DNA of 64,000 nucleotides from Candidatus Adlerbacteria bacterium (GTDB lineage Bacteria; Patescibacteriota; Minisyncoccia; Phycocordibacterales; SBAW01): NCBI GenBank assembly GCA_963749085.1, contig CAVVLG010000003.1, positions 80,235 to 144,234 of the forward strand, read 5' to 3'. Shown piece by piece: positions 11,582 to 21,447 of this stretch (position 1 is its first letter; each line of letters starts with the position of its first letter). The notes under the pieces were generated by a model. It saw only the letters and a program-made list of their open reading frames with translations, ran no database searches and was not told where the DNA came from. The position numbers and the translations under genes were made by a program.

Positions 11582-12958
11582 TTATAGCTGGCAACCCGTG
11601 ACAGTGTTGTTGCCACTACCAACCGTACAAGTGCTGCTTTCCCCTCCGGCAACGACAGAGTTATTTCCATTGCCTTCTATCGTTATGGTGTCGCTACCCG
11701 TGCCCGTTTTGATGGTGTTATTGCCAATGCCTGCTGTAATTATTTGATTGCCGGTGCCGGTAATGAGAGCGCTATTGCCGGCGCCAGTCATGATGAGGTT
11801 ATTTCCATTGCCGACTCTTATGTTTTGGTTTCCAGCGCCGGTCACGATAGTGCTGTTGCCATTGCCCGTATGAATATTTTGATTGCCGGCTCCGGTCGTT
11901 ATTGTTTGATTACCCACTCCAGTTGCGATCGTATTATTGCCGGCGCCAGTCTGTATGGTGTCGTTGCCGTTGCCGAGAGTAATTGTGGAGTTTCCTTCGC
12001 CAGTGCAAACGATGTAACTACCATTTCCTCCCGTAATAGTATCGTTGCTGTTGCCGCCAACGAACATAGTCTGGGGAGCGAGGGTGACGGTAGCATTGGT
12101 AGTTGCGGTTATGAGCGTATAGCCTGCTGGTACTACAGCGGGCATCTGACAAGCCCCTGCTGGCGGCGTCTCGGTAGGTGGCGCTTGTATGGTAAGAGTG
12201 CCGGGGACAAAGACCGAAATGAAATAGTAGCCGCTTGCTTCAAGCGTACCCACGGTGCAGGTGATCGGGTAGGTTCCTGCAGGACTCGCAGAAGTGGCCG
12301 TGGTAGTGCAGCTCGGGGAGCCGGTGATAAATTCCGCAGCAGTGTCGCTCCCCGCGAAGCCGCTGAGAGTAGCGGTGAAGACACTAGGTAGTGAGGAGCC
12401 GAGCTCAATCGTTTGGTTGTTGGCGGTGACAGTAATCCCTATGGGAGTCACTCCCCACTGCCACTGAATGATGGAGTACGGGAGTGGCGGGAAGCCCTGA
12501 CCGTGTTCAAAGTAATCGTCATCTAGACTTACCTCGCTTAAATCAGTAGGTGCTCCAGAATACCCAATTGCTACGGTGTAGAAGTTCTCTCCTTGTGAGC
12601 CAACAAAATTGAAAGGATAGACTTCGAGTACGGTATACGGCGAAGAGGTAGCGTCGTAGCTCAGGAGTGTAGATGTTCCGGGTACTCCACTATAAACACC
12701 GAAGAACACATTCCCGCCCGAGAGCTGTGGAAATCCGTACGTGCAGGTGGTGTTGCTGTTGAGTACATAAGATCCCCCATCCACGAAGGAGGAAGAATAC
12801 GGGTCACAAAAAAAGGTGAACTGTGATTGCGGGGTGGTCGTTGCATCACTAGGAATAATAATAGTAGGTATACTCTGAGCAAACGCGATGGAAGCTCCAA
12901 AAAAGAGAAAGAAAAGGAGCCCCGAGGTGAAGGAGAGTGCCTGGATGGTCTTGTACAT
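11582..12958 (-). CDS. secreted protein with C-terminal RTX-like nonapeptide beta-roll (xGxGNxxIx)
   Basis: Signal peptide 'MYKTIQALSFTSGLLFFLFFGASIAFA|QS'; about 17 tandem 9-residue repeats 'TGAGNNTIA/TGVGNQTIT/TGAGNQNIH...' (27-nt DNA period) resembling GGxGxDxUx with Asn in place of Asp. Confidence 0.6.
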   Translation of the reverse strand: MYKTIQALSFTSGLLFFLFFGASIAFAQSIPTIIIPSDATTTPQSQFTFFCDPYSSSFVDGGSYVLNSNTTCTYGFPQLSGGNVFFGVYSGVPGTSTLLSYDATSSPYTVLEVYPFNFVGSQGENFYTVAIGYSGAPTDLSEVSLDDDYFEHGQGFPPLPYSIIQWQWGVTPIGITVTANNQTIELGSSLPSVFTATLSGFAGSDTAAEFITGSPSCTTTATSASPAGTYPITCTVGTLEASGYYFISVFVPGTLTIQAPPTETPPAGACQMPAVVPAGYTLITATTNATVTLAPQTMFVGGNSNDTITGGNGSYIVCTGEGNSTITLGNGNDTIQTGAGNNTIATGVGNQTITTGAGNQNIHTGNGNSTIVTGAGNQNIRVGNGNNLIMTGAGNSALITGTGNQIITAGIGNNTIKTGTGSDTITIEGNGNNSVVAGGESSTCTVGSGNNTVTGCQL

Positions 12959-13140
12959 AACGTTTGTATTGTTTTGTACCATATGTAGTGGTTCCAGTCA
13001 AAGAATGTATCCTGTGGAGAGTCAGCGCATGACAGAAATATAAGCTGTTAGTGCCTCATGCGCAGAGTTCCTTAGCAAAGAAAACCCTCCGACCATGAGG
13101 TCTAGAGGATTTTCAGAGAAGTTTCAGGCGACCGCTCTCG

Positions 13141-13710
13141 TTAACAACCTGCAATGACCCCCTCTGAGGTAGCACTGCTTACATTGACTGAACCGTAGCT
13201 TCCAGCTGTGCCATTATAAGATTTATTGCCGTTCTCAAGAACCGAACAGATTTCATAATTCTCCGTGGTTGGAGCGCCAGCGGCCTGTGTACCTATTGTT
13301 CCGCTCCATGTTGAGATGGAATACTGGCAAACACCTGTTCCAACAGCGCTTGCTAGGGCTCCAGCACACATACCTGTGCCGCCATTGTTTGTGCCAAGAG
13401 AGCCAGCTAAAGGATCAATATAGTTAACGAAGCTGATTGGGGATGGCCCGCTACAACCTGTAACACTTACATCCTTCGTCAAAGATCCACCACAATTAGC
13501 GATCGAGGGTGGGGGTGTAGAGTCGGCAACTGCAATGGCTTTTGCCATTTCTTGCAGAGATGCTACGCGGGCGGCGTCCCGACCTTTGCCTTGTGCACTG
13601 GAGAGAGACACGAGCACTATAGAAGCCAAAATACCGATAATGGCGATGACGACCAAAAGCTCGATGAGGGTGAAGCCCTTAAGATAGAACTTTTTAAAGC
13701 TGTTGTGCAT
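13141..13710 (-). CDS. type IV pilin (major-pilin-like paralog 1)
   Basis: 'KGFTLIELLVVIAIIGILASIVLVSLSSAQGKGRDA' prepilin motif; 189 aa; first gene after pilC. Confidence 0.75.
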   Translation of the reverse strand: MHNSFKKFYLKGFTLIELLVVIAIIGILASIVLVSLSSAQGKGRDAARVASLQEMAKAIAVADSTPPPSIANCGGSLTKDVSVTGCSGPSPISFVNYIDPLAGSLGTNNGGTGMCAGALASAVGTGVCQYSISTWSGTIGTQAAGAPTTENYEICSVLENGNKSYNGTAGSYGSVNVSSATSEGVIAGC

Positions 13711-13823
13711 AATCTGAAGATTATCTAAATAAACTAATAAATAGGATATATGAATTCCTAATCCCCCTTAGTATACCTGGCCTAGCAAACCCCAAAAACA
13801 GGCCTGTGGATAAGGGTAAGCCC

Positions 13824-15038
13824 TTATATATTGGCGGTCGTGTCATAAATAGGTATGAGAATAGAAGCCAGAAGGAACCCGACGCCAATAGCCAACACGA
13901 TGATGAGCGCCGGCTCGATGAGCGAAACGAGCGTATCGACGGCTACGTTCACCTCGCGCTGGTAGAATTTGGCGAGGCGCTCCAGAATATTGCCTAACTC
14001 CCCCGTCTCTTCCCCTATCTGAAGCATTTGTACTAATATGGAAGGCATATCGTGCGGATGCTGGGAGAAGCTTTGCGACATTGAGCTTCCCGCTTTAACG
14101 TTCTCGACCGCTTCGCGCAGTATTGCTTCGTAGACGTCATTGCCGACGATGCTCGCGGTTATCTCGAGCGCTCGGACGGCTGAAATGCCCGAGAGCAACA
14201 TCACATGCATATTGTCGGCGATGCGGGTGAGGTAGAGTTTTTGATAGAGATTACCTATATAGGGGACGGAGAGCTTAAGCCGACTAAACGCCAGGTGTCC
14301 TTGGGGCGTCTGCACAAAACGGTAGACAAAAAAGCTTCCGATGATAAGCGCGATAAGAAGAAAGACACCATAATCTATCAAAAAAGAGCTCATGCCGAGC
14401 ACAACCTGTGTGTAGATTGGGAGCGAACCGCCCTCCGTGGTCAGCACCTCACCTACTTTGGGAATGATAATCGTAAGCATCAGTATCATGACCACCACGA
14501 ACGTGCAGGAGATGAATGCCGGATAGATAAGTGCATTTTTTACTTTGGAGGTTACTTCGTAGGAGCGGTCGATGTAATCGGCCAAATACATGAAAGTCCG
14601 ATCGAGCTTGCCCGACTCCTCGCCTGCGCGCACCATGTTGACGTAAAAGGGTGAGAATACTTTGGGATGCTTGTCGAGCGCTTTTGAAATGCCGCTACCG
14701 CCCTGAAGGTCGTCACTTATGTCGGTCAACGTCGTCCGTAACAGAGGTTTATCGGCCTGCTCGGCCAAGAGTTGAAAAATGCGCAGAGCGGAGACCTGCG
14801 CCTCAAAAAGCGTTGCTATTTGGCGCGAGAGGAGCACCAGGTCTCGGCTGGAGACGCGACTAAAAAATGTTATGTTATTGAGCGAGGCCATAAACCCGCC
14901 GTTTCCAGAACCGGTGAGCGAAGTAATGGTGAGGCCCTTGCGCTGGAGCGCCGCAATGGCCGCGTCCTGGGTGGTGGCATTGACGATGCCCCCTTGAGGC
15001 TTACCGGCATTGTCGAGCGCTTCGTACTTGAATTCCAT
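13824..15038 (-). CDS. pilC: type IV pilus inner-membrane platform protein
   Basis: 404 aa with two GspF-type repeats and 3 TM segments, typical PilC/GspF. Confidence 0.9.
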   Translation of the reverse strand: MEFKYEALDNAGKPQGGIVNATTQDAAIAALQRKGLTITSLTGSGNGGFMASLNNITFFSRVSSRDLVLLSRQIATLFEAQVSALRIFQLLAEQADKPLLRTTLTDISDDLQGGSGISKALDKHPKVFSPFYVNMVRAGEESGKLDRTFMYLADYIDRSYEVTSKVKNALIYPAFISCTFVVVMILMLTIIIPKVGEVLTTEGGSLPIYTQVVLGMSSFLIDYGVFLLIALIIGSFFVYRFVQTPQGHLAFSRLKLSVPYIGNLYQKLYLTRIADNMHVMLLSGISAVRALEITASIVGNDVYEAILREAVENVKAGSSMSQSFSQHPHDMPSILVQMLQIGEETGELGNILERLAKFYQREVNVAVDTLVSLIEPALIIVLAIGVGFLLASILIPIYDTTANI

Positions 15039-15045
15039 AGTATGA

Positions 15046-16110
15046 CTAGAGCAAATGTTCCAAAGTCTTCGGGTTCCAGCTACGGCTGTAGGCGCTCTCG
15101 ACCGTTATCTCGCCCATGCGTACCAGCTCGGCAAGGGAGCGGTTCATGTCTATCATGCCCTCTTGTGCACTCGTTTCTATGACCGTTTGTATCTCGTGGG
15201 TGCGTTTCTCGCGAATAAGGTTGGAGACAGCGCTATTGTTAAGGAGGAGTTCGTAGGCCGGTATGAGGCCGCCGGAAATTCTGGGTACCAGGCGCTGGGA
15301 AAAGATGCCGGCAAGGGAGCCGGCAAGCTGTATGCGGATCTGTTCTTGCTGCTGGGCCGGAAAGGAGTCAATAATGCGGTCGAGCGTCTGCGCGGCGTTG
15401 TTGGTGTGGAGCGTTGAGAACACGAGGTGACCAGTTTCGGCGGCAGTGACTGCCGTTGCCATGGTTTCCGGCGTGCGCATCTCGCCTATCATGACCACGT
15501 CAACGTCTTGGCGAAACACCGACTGGAGTGCTGTGCCGAAATCAGCAGTATCGACACGGACTTCGCGCTGCTCAATGAGCGACTTTTTATTTTCGAATAA
15601 ATATTCTATGGGATCTTCTATAGTAATAACGTGTTCGGAACGCTCTTGATTTATTTTTTCGATGAGCGCGGCTAATGTGGTGGTCTTTCCTTGCCCGACT
15701 GGCCCCACTACTAAAAAAAACCCCTGCTCGCGCGCGGCAAAACCCTCAAGAACATCGGGTAAATTAAGCTCGCGTATGGTGCGAATGACTTTTGGAATAA
15801 GCCTGAGTGCCACGCCTATAGTGCCGCGCTCAAAGTAGGCATTGCCGCGGAAACGGGCCGTATCTGCGTGCGCATAGGAAAAGTCGGCCTCTTGGGTATC
15901 CAAAAATTTTTGTTTTTTCTCCCCCGGAAGCATCACCGCGACGAGTCCGAGCATGTCCTGCGAAGTCAATGCAGGCTCAGTAAGAAGCGGGGTGAGTGCC
16001 CCCGAGACGCGGATGACCGGCTGGATGCCGGCGCTTAAATGCAGGTCGCTGCCACCTTGTGCGACGACGATTTCGATAAGCTGGTCTAATTTTTGTGCAT
16101 AGTTCGGCAT
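15046..16110 (-). CDS. pilT: twitching-motility retraction ATPase
   Basis: 354 aa; Walker A 'GPVGQGKTT'; PilT-specific 'AVSNLIREKRTHEI' (AIRNLIRE-like) motif. Confidence 0.88.
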   Translation of the reverse strand: MPNYAQKLDQLIEIVVAQGGSDLHLSAGIQPVIRVSGALTPLLTEPALTSQDMLGLVAVMLPGEKKQKFLDTQEADFSYAHADTARFRGNAYFERGTIGVALRLIPKVIRTIRELNLPDVLEGFAAREQGFFLVVGPVGQGKTTTLAALIEKINQERSEHVITIEDPIEYLFENKKSLIEQREVRVDTADFGTALQSVFRQDVDVVMIGEMRTPETMATAVTAAETGHLVFSTLHTNNAAQTLDRIIDSFPAQQQEQIRIQLAGSLAGIFSQRLVPRISGGLIPAYELLLNNSAVSNLIREKRTHEIQTVIETSAQEGMIDMNRSLAELVRMGEITVESAYSRSWNPKTLEHLL

Positions 16111-16122
16111 GGTCTGGCTCTA

Positions 16123-18006
16123 TTATATCTCGAGTTCCTTTTTAGTGAGCATTGGGGTATCTTCTTCTTTTTTTACTTCTTCGTCACTGACGTCTTCGCC
16201 CAGCACCACGGGTTTCTCCTCCCTCAGCGGCTTTGCTTCTTCTTCGGGAAGTTCGAATTCGCCGCCAAGCGTGTTCACTTCTTCAAACGGGATGATTCCT
16301 TTGGTGGCTTTAATGATAGCATCCTCTTTCATGGTGAGCATGCCAGTCTTGCGCACGATCGAAAATATTTCGTCCTCGGGTTTGTTGGCGAGGATGGCCC
16401 GTTCCAACTCGAGATTCATGTCAAACATTTCAAACACGCCCATGCGACCACGGGTGCCGGCGGGACAATCTGGAGTAGGCTCTCTCAAATAAATTTCATC
16501 AAGCGGAGGGACCTCTTTGCGATATTCGGCGGGCAGATCCTTAAATTCATTGCTGAGCATAGCTTGCATACTCTCCTCGACCTTTACTTTTTTGCCGCCG
16601 CCGGGGCACAAGGTGCGCACGAGGCGCTGGGCCATACCGAGAATAAGCACCGGTGGAATAAGGTACGGCTCAATGCCCATGTCAAGGAGGCGCGGCACGA
16701 TACCTATGGCATTATTGGTATGTATAGTCGAAAGCACCAAGTGTCCGGTAAGCGCCGCCTGCACTGCCAAGTTGGCCGTCTCATTGTCGCGGATCTCGCC
16801 GACCATAATGATATTGGGGTCTTGGCGCAGGGTCGTACGCAATCCATTGGCAAAGTCATAACCGATTTCAGGTCGCACCTGCGACTGAGATACACCGGCG
16901 ATAGTGTACTCGACCGGATCTTCAAGCGAAAGCACATTCTGCTTTTCGCGGTCGACTTCGTTGAGGATAGCGTAGAGCGTTGTTGATTTGCCGCTGCCGG
17001 TGGGACCCGAGATAAGTACAAGGCCGTAGGGTTTTCTTATCGCCGTGCGTATAAGATTGAGGTTGCGCTCTGAGAGTCCGAGGTTGTCGAGTTTAAGCTC
17101 TTGCGCAGAGCTCCCCAAAATTCGCATCACCACCTTCTCGCCGTAGTACGTTGGAAACGTCGACACGCGAAAGTCAACTTTGTTGCCGCCTACGCGCGCG
17201 GAAAAACGGCCGTCTTGCGGTTTCCGTTTCTCATCGAGGCGCATGTTGGAGAGCACCTTGATGCGCGCGACCACGGCTGAGTGGACCTTTGGCGGAAGCG
17301 TAATGTTAGTGATCAATACGCCGTCTATTCTAAAGCGCACGCGTGTTTGGTCGACCAGCGGCTCGATATGAATGTCGGAGGCGCGCTGTTCGGCCGCGTG
17401 GCGCAGTATCGTAGCGACGATCTTGGTGACCGGCGCGTCCTCAGTGATGGCGGAGGACTCCGTCTCGGTGACCTCCGCCTCTTCAAGCGAAAAAGGCTTC
17501 TCTCCTTTTTTAGCGGTGGTTTTTTGCATCTCCACCGTCGTTTCCGTCTCAAACTCACCTAACGCCTTTCCTACTTCCCCGGATAGCCCTTTGTACTCTT
17601 GGAGCAGTGTATCGAAATCGGTATCGGTAATAAGAAAGACCTTATAGGGTTTGCCGATTTTCGCCGAGATGAACGTCAGTGCGTCGCGCGCTTCAAGGTT
17701 GTCAGGGTCGGTGATACCGACTTCAAGCGCGCCGTCAACGATACCGAGCGGTGCTAAACGGTAGTGGCGTGCGGACTCCTCCGGCACGTAGCGCAAGATA
17801 TCAAAGGGAACCGCCTTCTCCCCCACCTCGCGGGTCGGTATACCGTAATACTCTCCTTTAACCTTTAGAATATCTTTAAGCGCGACACCGTTTTTTTGGA
17901 GCACGCCTTCCACGGTGCTCCCTGCTTTTGAGAGTTCAGATTCTATTTGGGGAAGGGCCCCTCTATCGACAACACCGCTGTCGCTTAATAATTTGAGAAG
18001 GTCCAT
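16123..18006 (-). CDS. pilB: type IV pilus assembly ATPase
   Basis: 627 aa; T2SSE_N domain; Walker A 'GPTGSGKST'; Asp/His boxes; acidic C-terminal extension; only two Cys where the tetracysteine Zn site normally sits. Confidence 0.9.
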   Translation of the reverse strand: MDLLKLLSDSGVVDRGALPQIESELSKAGSTVEGVLQKNGVALKDILKVKGEYYGIPTREVGEKAVPFDILRYVPEESARHYRLAPLGIVDGALEVGITDPDNLEARDALTFISAKIGKPYKVFLITDTDFDTLLQEYKGLSGEVGKALGEFETETTVEMQKTTAKKGEKPFSLEEAEVTETESSAITEDAPVTKIVATILRHAAEQRASDIHIEPLVDQTRVRFRIDGVLITNITLPPKVHSAVVARIKVLSNMRLDEKRKPQDGRFSARVGGNKVDFRVSTFPTYYGEKVVMRILGSSAQELKLDNLGLSERNLNLIRTAIRKPYGLVLISGPTGSGKSTTLYAILNEVDREKQNVLSLEDPVEYTIAGVSQSQVRPEIGYDFANGLRTTLRQDPNIIMVGEIRDNETANLAVQAALTGHLVLSTIHTNNAIGIVPRLLDMGIEPYLIPPVLILGMAQRLVRTLCPGGGKKVKVEESMQAMLSNEFKDLPAEYRKEVPPLDEIYLREPTPDCPAGTRGRMGVFEMFDMNLELERAILANKPEDEIFSIVRKTGMLTMKEDAIIKATKGIIPFEEVNTLGGEFELPEEEAKPLREEKPVVLGEDVSDEEVKKEEDTPMLTKKELEI

Positions 18007-18012
18007 GCGAAT

Positions 18013-18372
18013 TTACGGGGTGCCGGTAGGCAGCGTGAGACCTGTCTTGAGGCTCACCCCGGCAAGTGGTGCGAAGGGGTCGAGCCGCCCTACATTTTCA
18101 GGCGGGATGGTAACGCCGAAATCCGTGAGAGAGAGGAACACCGGGTTGGTAAAAATGGAGGGATCGAGCTTTATCGTATTAAGGTTCTGCAAGGTTACCA
18201 GTATGTTCTGGGATGCAGTTGAAGCACTACTGCTTGAGGTAAGTGGGGCACCTGAAGAGCCCCCCGAGAAATACATGAAATAGATAACGAGCGCGAGCAC
18301 CGCCGTTACACAGATGCCTATCGTTACTTTATTTTGTCTCAAAAAATCCATACAAATTGTTAATAGAGCCAA
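18013..18372 (-). CDS. small membrane protein in pilus operon (possible PilP-like)
   Basis: 119 aa with one N-terminal TM and a Ser/Thr-rich periplasmic part; position between pilO and pilB. Confidence 0.35.
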   Translation of the reverse strand: MALLTICMDFLRQNKVTIGICVTAVLALVIYFMYFSGGSSGAPLTSSSSASTASQNILVTLQNLNTIKLDPSIFTNPVFLSLTDFGVTIPPENVGRLDPFAPLAGVSLKTGLTLPTGTP

Positions 18373-18905
18373 TACGTTTGGATGGTAAAAGTATAGGTGG
18401 TAAGGTCGTTTGGACCGGCAGTGAAACTGAGGCCTTCGACGTCTATAAGGCGCAAACTGTGTTCAAGATCCTGCAGAAATGCCAACATGTTGGCGTAGGA
18501 GGTGGTAATGGCGAATCCGACATCGACGGAACCGACCGGACCGCTCTGAGAACCTGCGGCAAGCGCGTTCGTAGTATTGGCACCGGCGACACTACCAAGC
18601 TGGACATTTTGAAGTGAGAGAGAATGAAGCGAGGCGATGTTGTTGACGTCGATGATGAGACGGATATTGTCGACATTGTCGGGCAGTATCTCCTCGAGAT
18701 TATTGATATCAGTGGTTGAAAACGTGTTGCGCTTGGCAAGCAGTTGGTTACGGGTCGCGAGCAACTGCTGCGATTGATCGAGCGCGTTGTTATAGGCGGC
18801 TACCTGCGTCTCTAGCCCTTGATCGTTTTGGTAGGTCGGATTGATATAGACGACGAATAGGCCTATGGCCGCGATAATGAGTACGATGGGTAGAAAAGCT
18901 CTCAT
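18360..18905 (-). CDS. pilO: pilus assembly protein PilO-like
   Basis: N-terminal TM plus coiled coil ('QQLLATRNQLLAKRN') architecture typical of PilO. Confidence 0.6.
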   Translation of the reverse strand: MRAFLPIVLIIAAIGLFVVYINPTYQNDQGLETQVAAYNNALDQSQQLLATRNQLLAKRNTFSTTDINNLEEILPDNVDNIRLIIDVNNIASLHSLSLQNVQLGSVAGANTTNALAAGSQSGPVGSVDVGFAITTSYANMLAFLQDLEHSLRLIDVEGLSFTAGPNDLTTYTFTIQTYWLY

Positions 18906-18910
18906 AGTAT

Positions 18911-19552
18911 TTACTGAGGAGTCGATGTCGCGCTGGTCGTAGAGACTTCCATGTCAGCTGCAGGGACGCTTTGCCCAAGAGAATTGCTATATAAGAGGAG
19001 AGACGGCACGACGGTCGCTGCCACGCTGAAGGTTATCCCGCCACCTTGACCCTGTGCTATGTCGGAGAAGACCACATTCTTGAGCATGGGGCTGTTGCCC
19101 AACTGATCAGATTGCAGCGCGACGGTGGAAAAGCTATCGGCCTCCCCCGTCAGTGTTATCGCGGCGCTGCCGTCGGGGTTGAGCTTATAACTAAAACTAT
19201 TGAAGGAGACGTTCTGGAGTGTCTGGGTTGAGAGATAGTTAAAAAAAGCTGAAACCGAGATGTGACTCTGGAGGAGTATTCCCGCTTGGTTTATCCGGCT
19301 GTCGAGTCGCGAGAGATCAGCTATAACCGAGGGGTCATAGGCTCCCTCCGCAAGCTGAAGGGAGTTGCTTTTTGAGGCGATGGCGTTTTGTAGATATTGC
19401 CCGTAGAGGAATGCGGCGCCGGCGGCGACCAAAGAGGCGATGAAAATAAGGAGCGCAATGAGAAAAAAAAGACCGAAGACGCCACCGCTCCCGCGCAGCC
19501 CGGTGTCTACGGGTTTTTTAGGTATGAACGACGTCGAAACCTGGGGGTCCAT
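18911..19552 (-). CDS. pilN: pilus assembly protein PilN-like
   Basis: Short cytoplasmic N-terminus, TM 'VFGLFFLIALLIFIASLVAAGAAFL', periplasmic domain; follows pilM and GDPD in the operon. Confidence 0.6.
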   Translation of the reverse strand: MDPQVSTSFIPKKPVDTGLRGSGGVFGLFFLIALLIFIASLVAAGAAFLYGQYLQNAIASKSNSLQLAEGAYDPSVIADLSRLDSRINQAGILLQSHISVSAFFNYLSTQTLQNVSFNSFSYKLNPDGSAAITLTGEADSFSTVALQSDQLGNSPMLKNVVFSDIAQGQGGGITFSVAATVVPSLLLYSNSLGQSVPAADMEVSTTSATSTPQ

Positions 19553-19627
19553 TTCGTCCTAAGTATAACGCGGAAAAAAAGCAAGCGCTGCGCTGTCAAC
19601 AGAACCTTTTTCGTTTTCGAAGATTGA

Positions 19628-20209
19628 CTATTGACGTGCCTTTGAGAGAGTAACGAGGAATTGTTCGCGTTCGCCGTCTACGACGAGCTCCATGGTGTCC
19701 GTGAGCCCCAATACCATGGGCAACACGTGGCGGACAAAAAAGAACGGCTTGCGCAACACATACTCGACATCCTCGTCGAAGGTCTTATGCAGGAGTTTCA
19801 TATGGCGGTCGGAGGTCGTCATGATCCAGACGTTATCTCTGTTTTTAATGAGTGGCACCAGTTCCTCCCCGATGTGCTTGTCCTGTAGATCAAGAAGCAC
19901 AATGGTCTCCTCCGGTATCACACTCAAAATCTTCTGCAGGGTGTCGCGCTTACCTACCAGGCGTTGTATCCACCTAAAGCTGAAGTGATAGAAAAAGGAA
20001 GCAGCAATGATACCGAAAGGCACCGAACCGTGATAGCAATACAATATGCCGTCTCTGCTTTTGCGTACATCCACCTCTACAATGTCGGGCTTGTAGGCCA
20101 GTACCCTTTGTATCGTTTCGGCGTCATTCTCCCGCCCGTGCACTTTACCGCCGCGGTGTGCTACCACCATGGGCCGCCGCATTGTTTTATTCTCTGAACT
20201 TTCTTGCAT
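19628..20209 (-). CDS. glycerophosphodiester phosphodiesterase family protein (short)
   Basis: 'VVAHRGG...ENDAETI' GDPD His-Arg / Glu-Asn catalytic motifs; 193 aa; embedded between pilM and pilN. Confidence 0.65.
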   Translation of the reverse strand: MQESSENKTMRRPMVVAHRGGKVHGRENDAETIQRVLAYKPDIVEVDVRKSRDGILYCYHGSVPFGIIAASFFYHFSFRWIQRLVGKRDTLQKILSVIPEETIVLLDLQDKHIGEELVPLIKNRDNVWIMTTSDRHMKLLHKTFDEDVEYVLRKPFFFVRHVLPMVLGLTDTMELVVDGEREQFLVTLSKARQ

Positions 20210-20237
20210 AGTCTCCCCACCAGTATAACGTGATATC

Positions 20238-21317
20238 CTAGCCGACCTCCTGCAGCAGTCGCAGTGCGAGGCCGACTGCGACCGAGAATTCTGGTCCAGC
20301 TTCCTTCAGAATAGTTTCAAGGAATGCGGGTGCCTGTGTTTTACCGAACGGATCAGCCAATCGAAGTTCAGTTTGAATTTTTGTCTGCGCAAAATCTTTA
20401 AGACCCTTGATCGTTGCGCCACCGCCAGTCAACACTACTGCACCGAGCGTTTGATTGACGCGCTGCTCATAGGCGCTAATGGTACGCGAAAGTTCCGCGA
20501 GCAGCGGGGTAAGCGTCAGCTCAAGCGATTGTACACTTTCTCCTTGCGTGAGACCCATTTTGCGTTTGCGCTCTTCCGCTTGGGCCACGGTCATCCCCAA
20601 ACTGCGTGAGAGTGCCAAGGTCAAATCTTGCGCACCGTGGTTGATGATATGACTTTCGTGTATGAGTCCGCGTTCAACAACATAGAATTTGGTCGTGGCG
20701 GCGCCCATGTCGACGACCGCCACCGGAGCAATACCGCGGTCGAGGCTGGCGCGCGCTGCGCTGAAAACCTCAATTTCAAAAAACGCGGCCGCCAGTGCGG
20801 CGTCGGAAGCGATAGAGCGAAATTTTGTTATGGTATCGTTGTGTATCGCCACCAGAAGCACTTCTAGCTTGCCGTCCGGAGAGGCACCTGCCTTGCCGCC
20901 GGAGACCACCGACCAATCAAGCAGTACCTCATTTATTGGCACCGGTATATACTTGCGCGCCTCAATAGGAACCACTTGCGCGAGCTGCTTTTCAACCGAA
21001 GCGGGAAGTTTGATGATGGAAACTAGGCTTGAGGAGTAGGGTATGGATATGGCGGCGTCGGCCGTAGTCACATTGGCTTCACGGATAACATCTTTAAGTG
21101 CTTCGGCTATTTTTTCGGCGGGTAGAGACGTCGCCCGACCTATCTCAATCCCCGCGTAGGGCCCGAGCGCTATGGCGCCGTAGGTCTCTAGGATGACGCG
21201 TCCGTGTTCGCGCCTCAATTGGACGATTTTGATGGAGGAAGTACCGATGTCAACGCCCAGCACACTTTTTGCTTCTTTGGAGAACAACGAAGAAAACGAT
21301 GGTAAAGAAAAGGCCAT
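20238..21317 (-). CDS. pilM: type IV pilus assembly ATPase-fold protein
   Basis: Actin-like 'VLGVDIGTSSIKIVQL' phosphate-1 motif; 359 aa. Confidence 0.85.
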   Translation of the reverse strand: MAFSLPSFSSLFSKEAKSVLGVDIGTSSIKIVQLRREHGRVILETYGAIALGPYAGIEIGRATSLPAEKIAEALKDVIREANVTTADAAISIPYSSSLVSIIKLPASVEKQLAQVVPIEARKYIPVPINEVLLDWSVVSGGKAGASPDGKLEVLLVAIHNDTITKFRSIASDAALAAAFFEIEVFSAARASLDRGIAPVAVVDMGAATTKFYVVERGLIHESHIINHGAQDLTLALSRSLGMTVAQAEERKRKMGLTQGESVQSLELTLTPLLAELSRTISAYEQRVNQTLGAVVLTGGGATIKGLKDFAQTKIQTELRLADPFGKTQAPAFLETILKEAGPEFSVAVGLALRLLQEVG

Positions 21318-21447
21318 TTTCTCAAGTATATCACTAGCTCGGCGTCTTTACTTTCGTGACACCGAAAAAAAATTGTCGATGCGGGCTGCTATAGAGAACA
21401 GTGAATCTCCACGCCCTTACGGGGCGGGCCAGGTGAGTTAAGTGCCT

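Noticed and set aside
16093-16986. 297-aa plus-strand ORF opposite pilB (and similar ORFs opposite pilC at 14205..14654, ligA at 5843..6633 and lepA at 49698..50198)
   Set aside because: These are shadow ORFs on the antisense strand of well-supported conserved genes. They have skewed composition and no motifs.
19463-19470. A8/T8 homopolymer inside pilN as a possible phase-variation switch
   Set aside because: Eight is at the low end for slippage. It encodes a Phe-Phe-Leu stretch of the TM helix, so it is most likely just codon composition. There is no evidence of frame variants in this single sequence.
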